From an uncultured Ruminococcus sp. (lineage in GTDB: Bacteria > Bacillota > Clostridia > Oscillospirales > CAG-382): 64,000 nucleotides of DNA. The notes below the pieces were generated by a model. That model did no database searches. It saw only the letters and a program-made list of their open reading frames with translations, and had not been told where the DNA came from. The translations under genes were made by a program, and so were the position numbers. Positions 9,178-18,961 of this stretch are shown here, one piece after another. The stretch spans positions 5,597 through 69,596 of the forward strand of contig CAZHBX010000004.1 in assembly GCA_964530795.1 (NCBI GenBank), written 5' to 3'. Numbering within the stretch: position 1 is the first letter of the stretch; every line of letters starts with the position of its first letter.

Positions 9178-9643
9178 GCAGATACCTCCCGATGACTTCC
9201 GCCGCCGGCGCGGGTAAGGCACCCTCCAACGGCTTTCCATAGCGGATCAGCTCCCGCGCATAGGTCGAGCTGACGTGCGAAAGTTCCCCGGATGCGGGCA
9301 GGACGACCGTGTCGATCCCGCCGAGCTTCCGGTTGATAGCGCAAAGCTGCGCCTCGTAATCGAAATCCACGCCGTTCCGCGCCCCGCGCACCAGCACCGG
9401 CGACTCGTACCGCCGTACAAAGTCCGCGAGCAGTCCCTCCAGCGGGACGGTCGAAACCTCCGCCGCCGGGAAACAAGCGCGAATAGCTTCGAGCCGGACC
9501 TCCTCGGGCAGCAGCGCACGCTTCTCCGCGTTGCGGCTGACCAATACGACCACCCGGCCGAACAGCGCGAGCGCACGGCGAACGAGATCCTCATGCCCAC
9601 GGGTGAACGGGTCGAACATCCCGGTCAAAACGGCGGTCCTCAC
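9152..9643 (-). CDS. coaD: phosphopantetheine adenylyltransferase
   Basis: VRTAVLTGMFDPFTRGHEDLV contains the T/HxGH nucleotidyltransferase motif. GTG 9643 is preceded by GGAGGAGGA and overlaps the rsmD stop (GTGA). The track ORF start at 9916 is an upstream extension. Confidence 0.85.
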   Translation of the reverse strand: MRTAVLTGMFDPFTRGHEDLVRRALALFGRVVVLVSRNAEKRALLPEEVRLEAIRACFPAAEVSTVPLEGLLADFVRRYESPVLVRGARNGVDFDYEAQLCAINRKLGGIDTVVLPASGELSHVSSTYARELIRYGKPLEGALPAPAAEVIGRYLHEHSDSSL

Positions 9644-10191
9644 GGTTCCTCCTCCTTCCGGTAGATGGAGACGTGGGTTTTTCCATAGCGGTGCAACTTC
9701 TGGCGATACCCTTCGCGGGGCAGCGGCACGCCGTCCGCGTCGCTTTCGCAGATCAGGATCGCGTTCTCCGCGAGCAGCCCCGCGTCCTCGAGCGCGTCGA
9801 ACACCTCGTCGAGCACCCCCGGCCGGTACGGCGGGTCCAGAAGCACCAGATCGAAAATCTCCCGCCCCTTCGCGCTTCGCACGAATGCCTTCCAGTCCTC
9901 CGTTACGATCCGGCACTGCGGCATCAGCCCGGTAGATTGGGCGTTCTCCTTAATGAGGGAGACCGCCTCGCGGGATTCGTCGCAGATGACCGCCGTCGCC
10001 GCCCCGCGGGACAGCGCTTCGAGCGCCAATTGCCCGGTCCCGCCGAACAGGTCGAGCACCCTTCGGTCGTGCAGCTCGAACTGTACTGCCGAAAACATCC
10101 CTTCCTTAGCGACCTCCGTCGTGGGACGGGTATCCGTCCCTTCCGGCGCACGCAGCTTCCGTCCGCGTGCTTTGCCCGTGATAATGCGCAT
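9640..10191 (-). CDS. rsmD: 16S rRNA (guanine966-N2)-methyltransferase
   Basis: 183 aa. MRIITGKARGRKL..., SAM motif DLFGGTGQLALEA, and the DPPY motif. Confidence 0.85.
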   Translation of the reverse strand: MRIITGKARGRKLRAPEGTDTRPTTEVAKEGMFSAVQFELHDRRVLDLFGGTGQLALEALSRGAATAVICDESREAVSLIKENAQSTGLMPQCRIVTEDWKAFVRSAKGREIFDLVLLDPPYRPGVLDEVFDALEDAGLLAENAILICESDADGVPLPREGYRQKLHRYGKTHVSIYRKEEEP

Positions 10192-10206
10192 CTTGCAACC
10201 TCCTTT

Positions 10207-12036
10207 TCATTCATGGAAATGCAGGTAAATGCTGTGTGCCACCTCGGCGTTGATGCCCTTGACCGCCCGGAGTTCCTTCTCTGTCGCCTGTTTAAGCTTT
10301 TCAAATGTGCCGAAATGCTTTAGCAGCGCCTGCGCCTTCGCTTCTCCGATTCCCTTGATTTCGGTCAGGCTGGACTGCTTGACCGTCTTTCGCCGCTTCG
10401 CGTCCATGCGGGAAAGCGAGTAGCGGTGCACTTCTTCCTGAATTTTATACAGAAAGACGAACACGTCCTGCCGACGGTTGAGTGACAGCTCGTTTTCCCC
10501 GTCGGTCAGCGTGCGGGTCTTATGGTGCTCGTCCTTAACCATGCCAAACACCGGGATCTGCAATCCCCGTTCCGCCAAGACCGCCTGCGCCGCGTGCACC
10601 TGCGCCGCCCCGCCGTCCATCAAAATCAGGTCCGGGTACTCCCAGCCCGCCTCCGCGCCGTCGTGTCCGAACCGCCGCCGTAGCGCTTCAGTCAGGGAAG
10701 CGACGTCGTTCTGCCCCTCCACCTCGCGCATATTGAACGAACGGTAGAGCCGCTTGGCGAATCGCCCGTGCTCCAATACGATCATGCCGCAGGAGGTGTG
10801 CTCCCCGCCGCTGTTGGAGATATCGTAGGATTCAATGCGGTCCGGTACGACCTCCAGCTTCAAAAACTGCGCGAAGGACAGCAGAAACCCGCCCTGCTTC
10901 TCCTCCTCGGCCCTCTTGTGCAGCAGCAGCTGCTTGGCGTTCTCATCGGCACGGTCGGTCAGCGCGCGGAATTCCCCGCGCTGCGGGCGGTACAGCTGTA
11001 CCTTCCCGCCCGCCCGTTCGGACAGCCAACCGGTCAGCAAGACACTTTCCTCCTCCGGCAGCTCCATTGAAAGACAGATTCGCCGCGGGACAAACCCGCG
11101 CAGCTCGTAGAACCGCTGCAGCAGTCCCTCAAGAGCGGCGGGGTTCAGAATCTCGTCCGCCCCGAAAAAGAAGCAGTCCCGGTCGGTGATCGCGCCGCCC
11201 CGCACGAACAGCAATGCTACTGCGCTGCCCAGATCGTCCTGATACGTCCCCACGACGTCCGCTTCGACGTCCGGCCCCGCCACGATCTGCTGCTTGTCCC
11301 CGAGCTTTTTAACCGCCCGGATGCAGTCGCGGTACCGCGCGGCCCGCTCGTACTGCTCGCGCTCGCTCGCCTGCTCCATCTGCTCCTGCAAGTTCCGCAG
11401 CAGTCCGCCGTACTCCCCGCGCAGCAGCTGCACCGCGCCGGCCACCCGTTCGCGGTACTCTCCCGGGCTGACTTCCCCGCGGATACAAAGCCCGCAGCAC
11501 TGCCCAATGTGGTAATTCAAACACGGACGGCCCTTTCCAATGTCCTTTGGGAACGACTTCCGGCAAGTCGGCAGTCCAAAGGCCCGCGAGGCGGCCGAAA
11601 CGATCTCGTATGCGACGTGTGAGGAGGAAAACGGACCAAAGTACCGGTCCTTTTCGCTCCCTTCCTCTTTGGAACGGGTGTAAACGACCGAAAGAGCGGG
11701 GTACTCCCCGGAAGACAGGCGAATATACGGGTAGACCACGCTGTCCTTGAGCTTGATGTTGTAATGCGGCTGAAACTGTTTGATGAAGGCGTTCTCCTGC
11801 AGGAGCGCCTCGAGCTCGGTCGCCGTGTGGTACACCTCGAAATCGTAGACCGAACGGATCATCTTTTCGGTTTTTCCGTAGTGTGGCACGGAGGGGGAAA
11901 AATAGCTCGACACCCGGTTTCGTAAGGCCTTCGACTTGCCGACGTAGATGACCGTCCCCGCCCGGTTGCGCATCAGGTACACCCCCGGCGTAAGCGGGAG
12001 TAGCTTTGCTTTTTCGAGCAGTTCCTCGCGGTTCAT
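10207..12036 (-). CDS. uvrC: excinuclease ABC subunit C
   Basis: 609 aa. N-terminal GIY-YIG (GVYLMRN...VIYVGKS), a UVR domain region, and a C-terminal HhH (IKGIGEAKAQALLKHFG). Confidence 0.95.
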   Translation of the reverse strand: MNREELLEKAKLLPLTPGVYLMRNRAGTVIYVGKSKALRNRVSSYFSPSVPHYGKTEKMIRSVYDFEVYHTATELEALLQENAFIKQFQPHYNIKLKDSVVYPYIRLSSGEYPALSVVYTRSKEEGSEKDRYFGPFSSSHVAYEIVSAASRAFGLPTCRKSFPKDIGKGRPCLNYHIGQCCGLCIRGEVSPGEYRERVAGAVQLLRGEYGGLLRNLQEQMEQASEREQYERAARYRDCIRAVKKLGDKQQIVAGPDVEADVVGTYQDDLGSAVALLFVRGGAITDRDCFFFGADEILNPAALEGLLQRFYELRGFVPRRICLSMELPEEESVLLTGWLSERAGGKVQLYRPQRGEFRALTDRADENAKQLLLHKRAEEEKQGGFLLSFAQFLKLEVVPDRIESYDISNSGGEHTSCGMIVLEHGRFAKRLYRSFNMREVEGQNDVASLTEALRRRFGHDGAEAGWEYPDLILMDGGAAQVHAAQAVLAERGLQIPVFGMVKDEHHKTRTLTDGENELSLNRRQDVFVFLYKIQEEVHRYSLSRMDAKRRKTVKQSSLTEIKGIGEAKAQALLKHFGTFEKLKQATEKELRAVKGINAEVAHSIYLHFHE

Positions 12037-12153
12037 CCGTTGTTTCCCCTTTCATGACAAAAATCCGCCCGGCAGTCCGAACGGATTTCACCCTTCACAG
12101 GTTCCTCTCGATTGGCGGGAGAACCCGTTGGTACGCAAAGAAATGTGCGTCTT

Positions 12154-12414
12154 TCAATCCTCGAAGCTCTCGATTAGTTCCGAAAGCCCCGCGATCGCCT
12201 GCTCCTCGTCGGCGCCGTCCGCAATCAGCGTGACCACGTCCCCCTTGGAAACAGCCAAGGAAAGCACGCCGAGCAGACTCTTCGCGTTCGCCGTGCGGTC
12301 GCTGTTTTCCACCCAAATGGAGCTGCGATAGGAATTCGCTTTCTGGATAAAGAATGTCGCAGGGCGCGCATGAAGTCCCTTCTCATTCCGAATGGTTACA
12401 TCTTTTCTCGTCAT
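12154..12414 (-). CDS. ptsH: phosphocarrier protein HPr
   Basis: 86 aa from ATG 12414. His15 context GLHARPA and Ser46 context NAKSLLGV are both present. The 200-aa track ORF is an upstream extension. Confidence 0.9.
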   Translation of the reverse strand: MTRKDVTIRNEKGLHARPATFFIQKANSYRSSIWVENSDRTANAKSLLGVLSLAVSKGDVVTLIADGADEEQAIAGLSELIESFED

Positions 12415-12445
12415 GACACATACTCCCCTGACCATTGTTATAAAT

Positions 12446-12474
12446 AGTATAGCAATTTTTCGCCAAAAAATCAA
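12446..12474 (-). promoter_or_regulatory. sigma-A-type promoter of ptsH
   Basis: On the minus strand: TTGATT, 17 nt, TATACT, about 30 nt upstream of the ptsH ATG. Confidence 0.45.
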
Positions 12475-12544
12475 TAGCGCCAGACCAGAAAAAACAGCGC
12501 TGATTTCCTTGTTTTTTGGTAATTTCCGACGAGGCGGCACGGTT

Positions 12545-13033
12545 TTACGGTTCCGAGATGCGAACGCTCGTGATCTCCGCAACGAAAAAGGCGTCCGCGG
12601 TCGAAAGATACACCGTTTCCCCGGGCACGAGCAACGTCCCCCCGTTAAGACAAACGAACCCGTTTGTCTCGTATCCCGTCGCCGTGGCCGTTCCAGTGAC
12701 CGTGCGCAGGCCGTTGCGCACCTGAACCGTCCGCCCGTCCGGCAGCGCCTGTTCATCGGTCGCGTCGCCGGTCACGCAGGTGAGCAGTTCGCCCATGGCG
12801 GACCCGTCCGACGCGTACAGCGTCGCCCCTTCGCGCAGATATGCGGCGGTCTGCTCCTCCACACCCGCGACCGAAAAACTGTAGGTCACAATGGCGGAAC
12901 CCTTCTCCTCGAACAAAGAACGCACCCACGTACGCGCGAGAAGCGTGGCAAAAACCGCAAGAATAAGCACTAAAAGCAGAATATCCAACCCATTGACCTG
13001 GGGAGGCTCCCGCTTAGCTTTTTCGTCGCTCAT
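12545..13033 (-). CDS. DUF4330-like membrane-anchored protein (paralog 2)
   Basis: 162 aa with an N-terminal TM helix and then a beta-rich domain. It is a paralog of the upstream gene. The ATGA start/stop overlap indicates translational coupling. The family name is from memory. Confidence 0.7.
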   Translation of the reverse strand: MSDEKAKREPPQVNGLDILLLVLILAVFATLLARTWVRSLFEEKGSAIVTYSFSVAGVEEQTAAYLREGATLYASDGSAMGELLTCVTGDATDEQALPDGRTVQVRNGLRTVTGTATATGYETNGFVCLNGGTLLVPGETVYLSTADAFFVAEITSVRISEP

Positions 13034-13545
13034 GCCTGCTCCTCCTCCCGTGTCAGCGTCAAAACCAACCCCTGCCCGCGGTAGCCGGGCACCATCGCAT
13101 CCAGAAACACCCCGGATGCGATGCGGTTATTTCCGACAAAGTACCCGCCGTCCCGCATCTCCGCCGTCATGTGTACGGTGAGCAGGATGTCGCTCTTTTG
13201 GTCCGAGCGGGTGTACGTATAGGCGTAAATCCCGGCCGCATCCGGTTCCGCGTCCTGCGCGTCGAAGTATGCCTCCTTTGCGCGGGAAACCGTCACCGCA
13301 TGGACCTCGCCGAGCGCTTCGCCGGATGAAGCGTAGAGCATATCGCCCTCGACAAGCATCCCGCTGTACTCGTTATCCACGCCGGAGAAGCGCAGGGTGC
13401 AGACCAGTTCCGCCGTCGGGGTCTCCCCACGGTGCGCGACCCAATACACTCCCCCCGCGATGGCCAGCGCGAGCAACAGTAGCAGCGCGACGTCAAACAG
13501 CGGGAAGCGCCGCTTCTTCCGTTCGGTTTTCCGATTCAAATCCAT
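13030..13545 (-). CDS. DUF4330-like membrane-anchored protein (paralog 1)
   Basis: 171 aa with an N-terminal TM helix (FDVALLLLLALAIAGGVYWV). Overlaps the upstream gene by 10 nt. Confidence 0.7.
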   Translation of the reverse strand: MDLNRKTERKKRRFPLFDVALLLLLALAIAGGVYWVAHRGETPTAELVCTLRFSGVDNEYSGMLVEGDMLYASSGEALGEVHAVTVSRAKEAYFDAQDAEPDAAGIYAYTYTRSDQKSDILLTVHMTAEMRDGGYFVGNNRIASGVFLDAMVPGYRGQGLVLTLTREEEQA

Positions 13546-15398
13546 TGCGTCTCCCCTGCCTCCCCCTCGCGTTCATATCCGTAAATCTCTCCGGTCAGCG
13601 ACGACATCGCGCACAGGCACCAAAAAATTCCGAGCAGCCGCAGGTCCGCCCAGACGTTCGTGACCCCCGCAGTAAACAAAAATACCAACACCGAGGCGGC
13701 GACCCCACCAAAGCGCATTGTCTTTTCACGGTCATTCTCCCACCGCATACAGGTAAACAGCCTTTGCAGGGCACAAAACGCACAGCCGAGGAACAATAGA
13801 AGCGTCACCGCTCCGCCATCCAGAAGCAGCCGCGTGTACAACCCGGCGGCGAATCCGTCCGGGAAAATCCCGTTCGCGAGCGCGGCCGCCACGAGCGCGC
13901 CGTCTCCGGCACCGACGCCGGTCAGAAAGTATTTTTTTACCAGCGTGCCCGCCGCCTGAGAAAAGCCAGACGTGACGGACCCCAACCGGTCGCCCAGCAA
14001 CAGGACCGCTGCCGGCAGGGAAACGCAGCCGGCCAGAGCCGCCCCCACAGGCGCGCCGTGCGCGAACACAGCGTACAGCAGCAGCGCGAGCAGCAACCCG
14101 AGAACCGTCCACGCGGACCGTAGCAGCACCGCGTCCACTGCGATAAGCAGCAGCGCGACCACTCCGCTGCGGTGCCGTCCCCGCGCGAGTACCACCGGAA
14201 GCAGAAGTGCGAGGTAACAGCCGAGCACCGTCCCGGATAGTCCAAACCGGGAAACAACCGCCGGCAGCCCGAAATTCCAATCCGGCAGCACCGACGACAG
14301 CAGCCCCCCGACATACGGCCATCCCATTTGCAACGCGGACAGCGCGAGCGTCACCATCCCGCCATACACCAGCACCGCGTGAAAGGCGCGGCTGAGCGCA
14401 TCCGTCGTCAGCATGCAGACCGCCAGCACCCAGAGACAGGCGAACAGCAGCATCCGCAGGAAGACGTACCCGTCCCCCGCGGTCGCCGCCGAAAGACCGC
14501 AGGCTCCGACCAGAAACAGCAGCAAAACCTCCGGCAGGCGGACGCGAAACGCCCGTTTGAGCCGAAAATACTTTTGAAGATACCCGACCAATGTCAAAAG
14601 CGTCAGGCAGCCCGTCCAGCGAAGCGGCGCGAACGGCAGCAGGAAAACCGCCGCGAGCAGTCCTGTCTCCGGCGTCGCCAGCACGCAGAAACAGAACAGC
14701 AGCGCGAGCAGGAACAGCAACACCCTATGCGGCGCAAACCACACCGTCGCAAGCCCTGCGAGCGTCCCCGCCACAAAGGCGATCCCGCCGCGGGCTGTAA
14801 CGCGCTCATCCCCCTGCCGCAACCCTTCCGGGCTAAAACCGAGGGACTCGATGAAGAACCCGCGGAAAAACAGGCTTTCCGCGCAGGTCACGTTGATCGG
14901 TTTTCCAAAAAACAGCAGCGGTACCGACGCGACGAACACCAGCGCGGCCGTGCAAAGCGCCAGCGCATCCGCTTCCCACACCCCGGGCAGCAGGAAGCGC
15001 TTGACGAGAAAAACCCCGGCTGTGTACAGCGCAAATACCACCCCCGCGATACCGAAAAACCGCACGCGCGTGTGCAGAAACGCACGCCGCAGCCGCTCCG
15101 CAAGTGCGAACACGCGGCTCTCGCAGGCGCCGGCGGCAATCTCCGTGCGCAGCGGATTCGAAACCGTCTCGCGGAACCCCACCGTGCGCATAAGCCACGC
15201 GACGAACCCCGTGCGGGACGCTTCGTCCACCCGGTCGGCGGAACAGAAAAGCCGGGAGGCGGCACCGTTGCGAAACCAATCGACGCAGCGGAAGGACGCC
15301 CGACGAGTGCGCGACAAAAGCAGACTGCCCGAAGCCCGCCCCTTGCGGAAACGCGATCCGACAGACTTTTCGCGGGTCGCCGACCTCTCCTTCGCCAT
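13536..15398 (-). CDS. polytopic membrane protein, O-antigen ligase (Wzy_C)-like
   Basis: 620 aa with more than 10 hydrophobic segments. AAAGGAGAGG RBS lies 15 nt after the trmD stop. The function call is weak. Confidence 0.6.
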   Translation of the reverse strand: MAKERSATREKSVGSRFRKGRASGSLLLSRTRRASFRCVDWFRNGAASRLFCSADRVDEASRTGFVAWLMRTVGFRETVSNPLRTEIAAGACESRVFALAERLRRAFLHTRVRFFGIAGVVFALYTAGVFLVKRFLLPGVWEADALALCTAALVFVASVPLLFFGKPINVTCAESLFFRGFFIESLGFSPEGLRQGDERVTARGGIAFVAGTLAGLATVWFAPHRVLLFLLALLFCFCVLATPETGLLAAVFLLPFAPLRWTGCLTLLTLVGYLQKYFRLKRAFRVRLPEVLLLFLVGACGLSAATAGDGYVFLRMLLFACLWVLAVCMLTTDALSRAFHAVLVYGGMVTLALSALQMGWPYVGGLLSSVLPDWNFGLPAVVSRFGLSGTVLGCYLALLLPVVLARGRHRSGVVALLLIAVDAVLLRSAWTVLGLLLALLLYAVFAHGAPVGAALAGCVSLPAAVLLLGDRLGSVTSGFSQAAGTLVKKYFLTGVGAGDGALVAAALANGIFPDGFAAGLYTRLLLDGGAVTLLLFLGCAFCALQRLFTCMRWENDREKTMRFGGVAASVLVFLFTAGVTNVWADLRLLGIFWCLCAMSSLTGEIYGYEREGEAGETQWI

Positions 15399-15413
15399 GC
15401 GCCTCTCCTTTTC

Positions 15414-16112
15414 TCATTCGACGTCCCCGGCGTCCTTCTTCAGCAAGTCCGGGCGCTTCCGACGGGTGCGTTCAAGCGACTGTTCCCGTTTCCAGCGCTC
15501 CTGCAAAGCATGATTGCCGTTGATGAGCACTTCCGGTACTTCCAGCCCCTCGAACACCCGCGGTCTGGTATACTGCGGGTACTCCAAAAGCCCGTCCGAA
15601 AGGCTTTCCTTTTCATAGCATTCCCGGCTGGCGAGTACGCCGTCCTGCAAACGAGCGACGCAGTCCACAACGATCGCCGCGGGCAATTCCCCGCCGGTCA
15701 GCACATAATCTCCGACGGACAGTTCCTCGTCCACTTCCAGCTCGAGAATGCGTTCGTCGATCCCTTCGTAATGTCCGCACAGCAGAATCAGCCGGTCGTA
15801 GCCGCAAAGTTCCCGGGCCTTCCGCTGGGTAAACAGCTCCCCCTGCGGAGAAAGATAAATGGTCCGCGTCCGACCCGCCTCCTGCGCCTTGACGGCGCGG
15901 ATGCAGTCAACGGCGGGCTGGCACATCATCACCATGCCGTACCCCCCGCCGTAGGGCGTATCGTCCACGCGGCGGTGCTTGTCCGCCGTGTAATCGCGGA
16001 TGTCGGTGCAGCGGATATCCAGAATCCCCGCACTCCGCGCACGTCCGACGACGCTCGACGAGAAAATAGACTCCATCAGTTCCGGAAACAGGGTCAGCAC
16101 GTCGAAGCGCAT
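15414..16112 (-). CDS. trmD: tRNA (guanine37-N1)-methyltransferase
   Basis: MRFDVLTLFPELM... The start at ATG 16112 sits immediately after the rimM stop. Confidence 0.95.
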   Translation of the reverse strand: MRFDVLTLFPELMESIFSSSVVGRARSAGILDIRCTDIRDYTADKHRRVDDTPYGGGYGMVMMCQPAVDCIRAVKAQEAGRTRTIYLSPQGELFTQRKARELCGYDRLILLCGHYEGIDERILELEVDEELSVGDYVLTGGELPAAIVVDCVARLQDGVLASRECYEKESLSDGLLEYPQYTRPRVFEGLEVPEVLINGNHALQERWKREQSLERTRRKRPDLLKKDAGDVE

Positions 16113-16113
16113 C

Positions 16114-16620
16114 TCATTCCTCCGTCCCCGGCGCGAACCCATCGATGAGATTCACGCGAATTTCCTCACCCGGTCTGACCGAAACGAGGTACTCCGCCGC
16201 CGGCGGAAAAAGGAACTTCGTTTCCCCCTCGCCGATCTCCCAGAGCACCTGTCCGCCCCGTTCCTCGACGGAAAGCACCCTCCCGACCGTCCGTTCGGAG
16301 CGTAAGTCAAAAACCGGCGTCCCGATCAGGTCGTCGTTAAAATAGCTTCCTTCGGGCAGCGAAACGTCCTCGCGGTCGAACCAAAGGGTCCGCCCAGTGA
16401 GCGCGGAGGCGGACGTGCGATCCCCGTATCCCTTAAACACGATGGTCCCGAGACGCGGGAGCAACTTTTCCACCTCCAAGTACGCCTTTCCCTCGGGGTC
16501 CAGATAAAGTTTCTTTACCCCGAAAAGGAACTCCATGCTGTCGCACCAGCAGGAGAAGCGCACTTCGCCCTTCAGCCCGCGCGGGGCGTTCAGCCGCCCC
16601 GCTTCGAGATACCGCCTCAT
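16114..16620 (-). CDS. rimM: 16S rRNA processing protein RimM
   Basis: Contains GRLNAPRGLKGEVR. ATG 16620 overlaps the khpA stop. An alternative GTG start lies at 16623. Confidence 0.9.
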   Translation of the reverse strand: MRRYLEAGRLNAPRGLKGEVRFSCWCDSMEFLFGVKKLYLDPEGKAYLEVEKLLPRLGTIVFKGYGDRTSASALTGRTLWFDREDVSLPEGSYFNDDLIGTPVFDLRSERTVGRVLSVEERGGQVLWEIGEGETKFLFPPAAEYLVSVRPGEEIRVNLIDGFAPGTEE

Positions 16621-16847
16621 CACAGGATATCGACGATGACCCGCCTGTTTTCCCGAACTGCCTGCGCACGCATGACCGTGCGGATGCTCCGGGCGATGCG
16701 GCCTTCCCGGCCGATAACGCGGCCGACATCCCGCTTCGCGACGCGAAGTTCCAGCACGACCGTGTCCCCGCTGATGCGTTCCTCGACGGAAACCTCTTCC
16801 GGATGCTCGACCAGCCCCCGGACGAGGTCCAGAAGCATCTGTTTCAT
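16620..16847 (-). CDS. khpA: KH-domain RNA-binding protein
   Basis: 75 aa from ATG 16847. [18 protein letters not shown] is the KH GxxG region. The start overlaps the rpsP stop (ATGA). Confidence 0.85.
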   Translation of the reverse strand: MKQMLLDLVRGLVEHPEEVSVEERISGDTVVLELRVAKRDVGRVIGREGRIARSIRTVMRAQAVRENRRVIVDIL

Positions 16848-17089
16848 TCGATCACTCCGCTTTTCTTGAGCAGGCTGCGGACCGAATCCGTCGGCTGCGC
16901 GCCGTTGGCGATCCACTTCTTGACCTTTTCGGCGTCAACCGTCACGGTCGACGGATTGGTCATCGGGTTATATGTCCCGATCTCCTCAATTAAGAGTCCG
17001 TCTCGGGGTGCGCGGGAATCCGCGACGACGATACGGTAGTAGGGCTCTTTCTTCGCGCCGAGTCTTCTGAGTCTGATTTTCACTGCCAT
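16844..17089 (-). CDS. rpsP: 30S ribosomal protein S16
   Basis: [31 protein letters not shown]. The track ORF start at 17197 is an extension. Confidence 0.95.
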   Translation of the reverse strand: MAVKIRLRRLGAKKEPYYRIVVADSRAPRDGLLIEEIGTYNPMTNPSTVTVDAEKVKKWIANGAQPTDSVRSLLKKSGVIE

Positions 17090-17156
17090 GGTTGTGTTCC
17101 CTCCAAATGAGAAGGGGATAATCCCCTGTATGTTTTTCTTTTTTATTTCGTGAAAT

Positions 17157-18494
17157 TTAGCCGAACCGCCTGCCGAATCCGCCGAAGCCCCGACCACGCT
17201 TCTTGCCGCCGCTCATGAACTTCTTCATCATGTCCCGGGTCTGTTCGTACTGCTTGAGCAGGCGGTTGACCTCCTCGACCGAAGTGCCGCTGCCGGCGGC
17301 GACGCGTCGTTTGCGGGAGGAGTTGAGTACCTGCGGATGGGTCCGCTCGTACGGAGTCATGGAACGGATGATCGCTTCCGTGCGGGAGAGTGCCTTTTCG
17401 TCGATCTTCGCGTCCTTCAGCGCACCGGGCTTGACGCCGGGCATCATGCCGAGCAGCTGCTCCATCGAGCCCATTCCGCGCAACTGTACAAGTTGGTCGA
17501 GGAAGTCCTCGAGCGTAAACGACTGCTCCCGCAGCCTGCGCTCCATCTCGACGGCCTTCTTTTCGTCCATCGCCGCTTCCGCCTTTTCGATTAGCGTCAG
17601 CACGTCCCCCATGCCGAGGATACGCGATGCCATGCGGTCCGGGTAGAACGGCTCGAGGGCGTCCAACTTTTCGCCGGTGCCGACGAACTTAATCGGCTTG
17701 CCGGTCACGTACCGCACGGAGAGCGCGGCACCGCCACGGGTGTCGCCGTCGAGCTTGGTCAGGATAACGCCGGTGATGTCGAGCAGCTCGTTAAAGCGCT
17801 CGGCGACGTTGACGGCGTCCTGCCCGGTCATCGCGTCGACGACCAGCAGAATCTCGGTCGGTTCGACCGCGTCCCGCACCTGCTTGAGTTCCTCCATGAG
17901 CGCCTCGTCCACGTGCAGGCGGCCCGCCGTATCGATCAGAACGGTGTCAAACCCATATTTGATCGCGTATTTGACCGCTTCCTTCGCGGTCTGGGGCGGA
18001 CTTTGCGTCCCGCGCTCGAACACCGGCGCCCCGACCTGCTCCGCGACCACCTGCAACTGCCGGATGGCGGCGGGACGGTAGATGTCGCAGGCGACCAGCA
18101 GCGGGTTCTTGCCCTGTTTTTTGAGCATCTTCGCGAGCTTTGCCGTTTGGGTGGTCTTGCCCGAGCCTTGGAGCCCGCACATCAGGATCACCGTCGGCGG
18201 CTTGGACGCGACCGCGAGCTTTGCGTTGGTCCCGCCCATGAGAGAAATCAGCTCCTCGTTGACGATCTTGACGATCTGCTGCCCGGGCAGCAGACTTTCA
18301 AGCACTTCCGCCCCGACTGCCCGCTCGGACACCTTGCTCACGAACGCCTTGACGACCTTGAAGTTGACATCCGCTTCCAGCAGGGCGAGCTTGATCTCCC
18401 GCATCCCCGCCTTGACGTCCGCTTCGGTCAGCTTGCCCTTGTTGCGCAGCTTCTTGAACGCTTCGGACAGTTTATCAGCCAGACTGGAAAACAT
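17157..18494 (-). CDS. ffh: signal recognition particle protein
   Basis: 445 aa. NG domain with GLQGSGKTT and DTAGR, and a Met-rich M domain. Confidence 0.97.
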   Translation of the reverse strand: MFSSLADKLSEAFKKLRNKGKLTEADVKAGMREIKLALLEADVNFKVVKAFVSKVSERAVGAEVLESLLPGQQIVKIVNEELISLMGGTNAKLAVASKPPTVILMCGLQGSGKTTQTAKLAKMLKKQGKNPLLVACDIYRPAAIRQLQVVAEQVGAPVFERGTQSPPQTAKEAVKYAIKYGFDTVLIDTAGRLHVDEALMEELKQVRDAVEPTEILLVVDAMTGQDAVNVAERFNELLDITGVILTKLDGDTRGGAALSVRYVTGKPIKFVGTGEKLDALEPFYPDRMASRILGMGDVLTLIEKAEAAMDEKKAVEMERRLREQSFTLEDFLDQLVQLRGMGSMEQLLGMMPGVKPGALKDAKIDEKALSRTEAIIRSMTPYERTHPQVLNSSRKRRVAAGSGTSVEEVNRLLKQYEQTRDMMKKFMSGGKKRGRGFGGFGRRFG

Positions 18495-18509
18495 CCGTGT
18501 TTCTCCTTC

Positions 18510-18836
18510 CTATCTTTCACCTGTCAGGATCGCGGTCAATTCCGACGCGAGCTCGCGGTCCTCCGCGCGTTCGCTCCCCGCCAGCCGGTCGGCGATGGCG
18601 AGCAGCTTTTCACGCTTCTCCAGCAATCCGAGCGACGACTCCCACGAAAACAGATCGCTTTCCCCGCGGCGGATCGCGTCGTGCACGGCCTGCCGCGTGA
18701 TGCCGGTGTTCTCGGCGATCTCCGCGAGCGACAGATCCTCGGCGTAGTAGGCGTTCAGGACGTCCCGGCACCGCGTCGAAAGCGCTTTCCCATAGCAGTC
18801 TAACAGCCTGCAAAGCGTTTCCCGCCGATCCCCCAT
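18510..18836 (-). CDS. ylxM: YlxM/UPF0122 putative DNA-binding protein
   Basis: 108 aa from ATG 18836. YYAEDLSLAEIAENTGITRQAVHDAIRRG matches the YlxM HTH. It sits in the conserved position upstream of ffh. Confidence 0.85.
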   Translation of the reverse strand: MGDRRETLCRLLDCYGKALSTRCRDVLNAYYAEDLSLAEIAENTGITRQAVHDAIRRGESDLFSWESSLGLLEKREKLLAIADRLAGSERAEDRELASELTAILTGER

Positions 18837-18961
18837 GATTTCGCCCGTCCCTTCTCCCGCCGCATGCGAACGGCATTTCGCCCCCAGTCGCAAAAAACAA
18901 GCCTGTAAAGGAAAATGCTTTACAGGCTTATTATACACATTTTTCGCTTCTTGTCAAGGGG

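Noticed and set aside
14328-16148. 606-aa plus-strand ORF
   Set aside because: It is antisense to the membrane protein and trmD genes. It is extremely R/Q/E/P-rich and has no start context.
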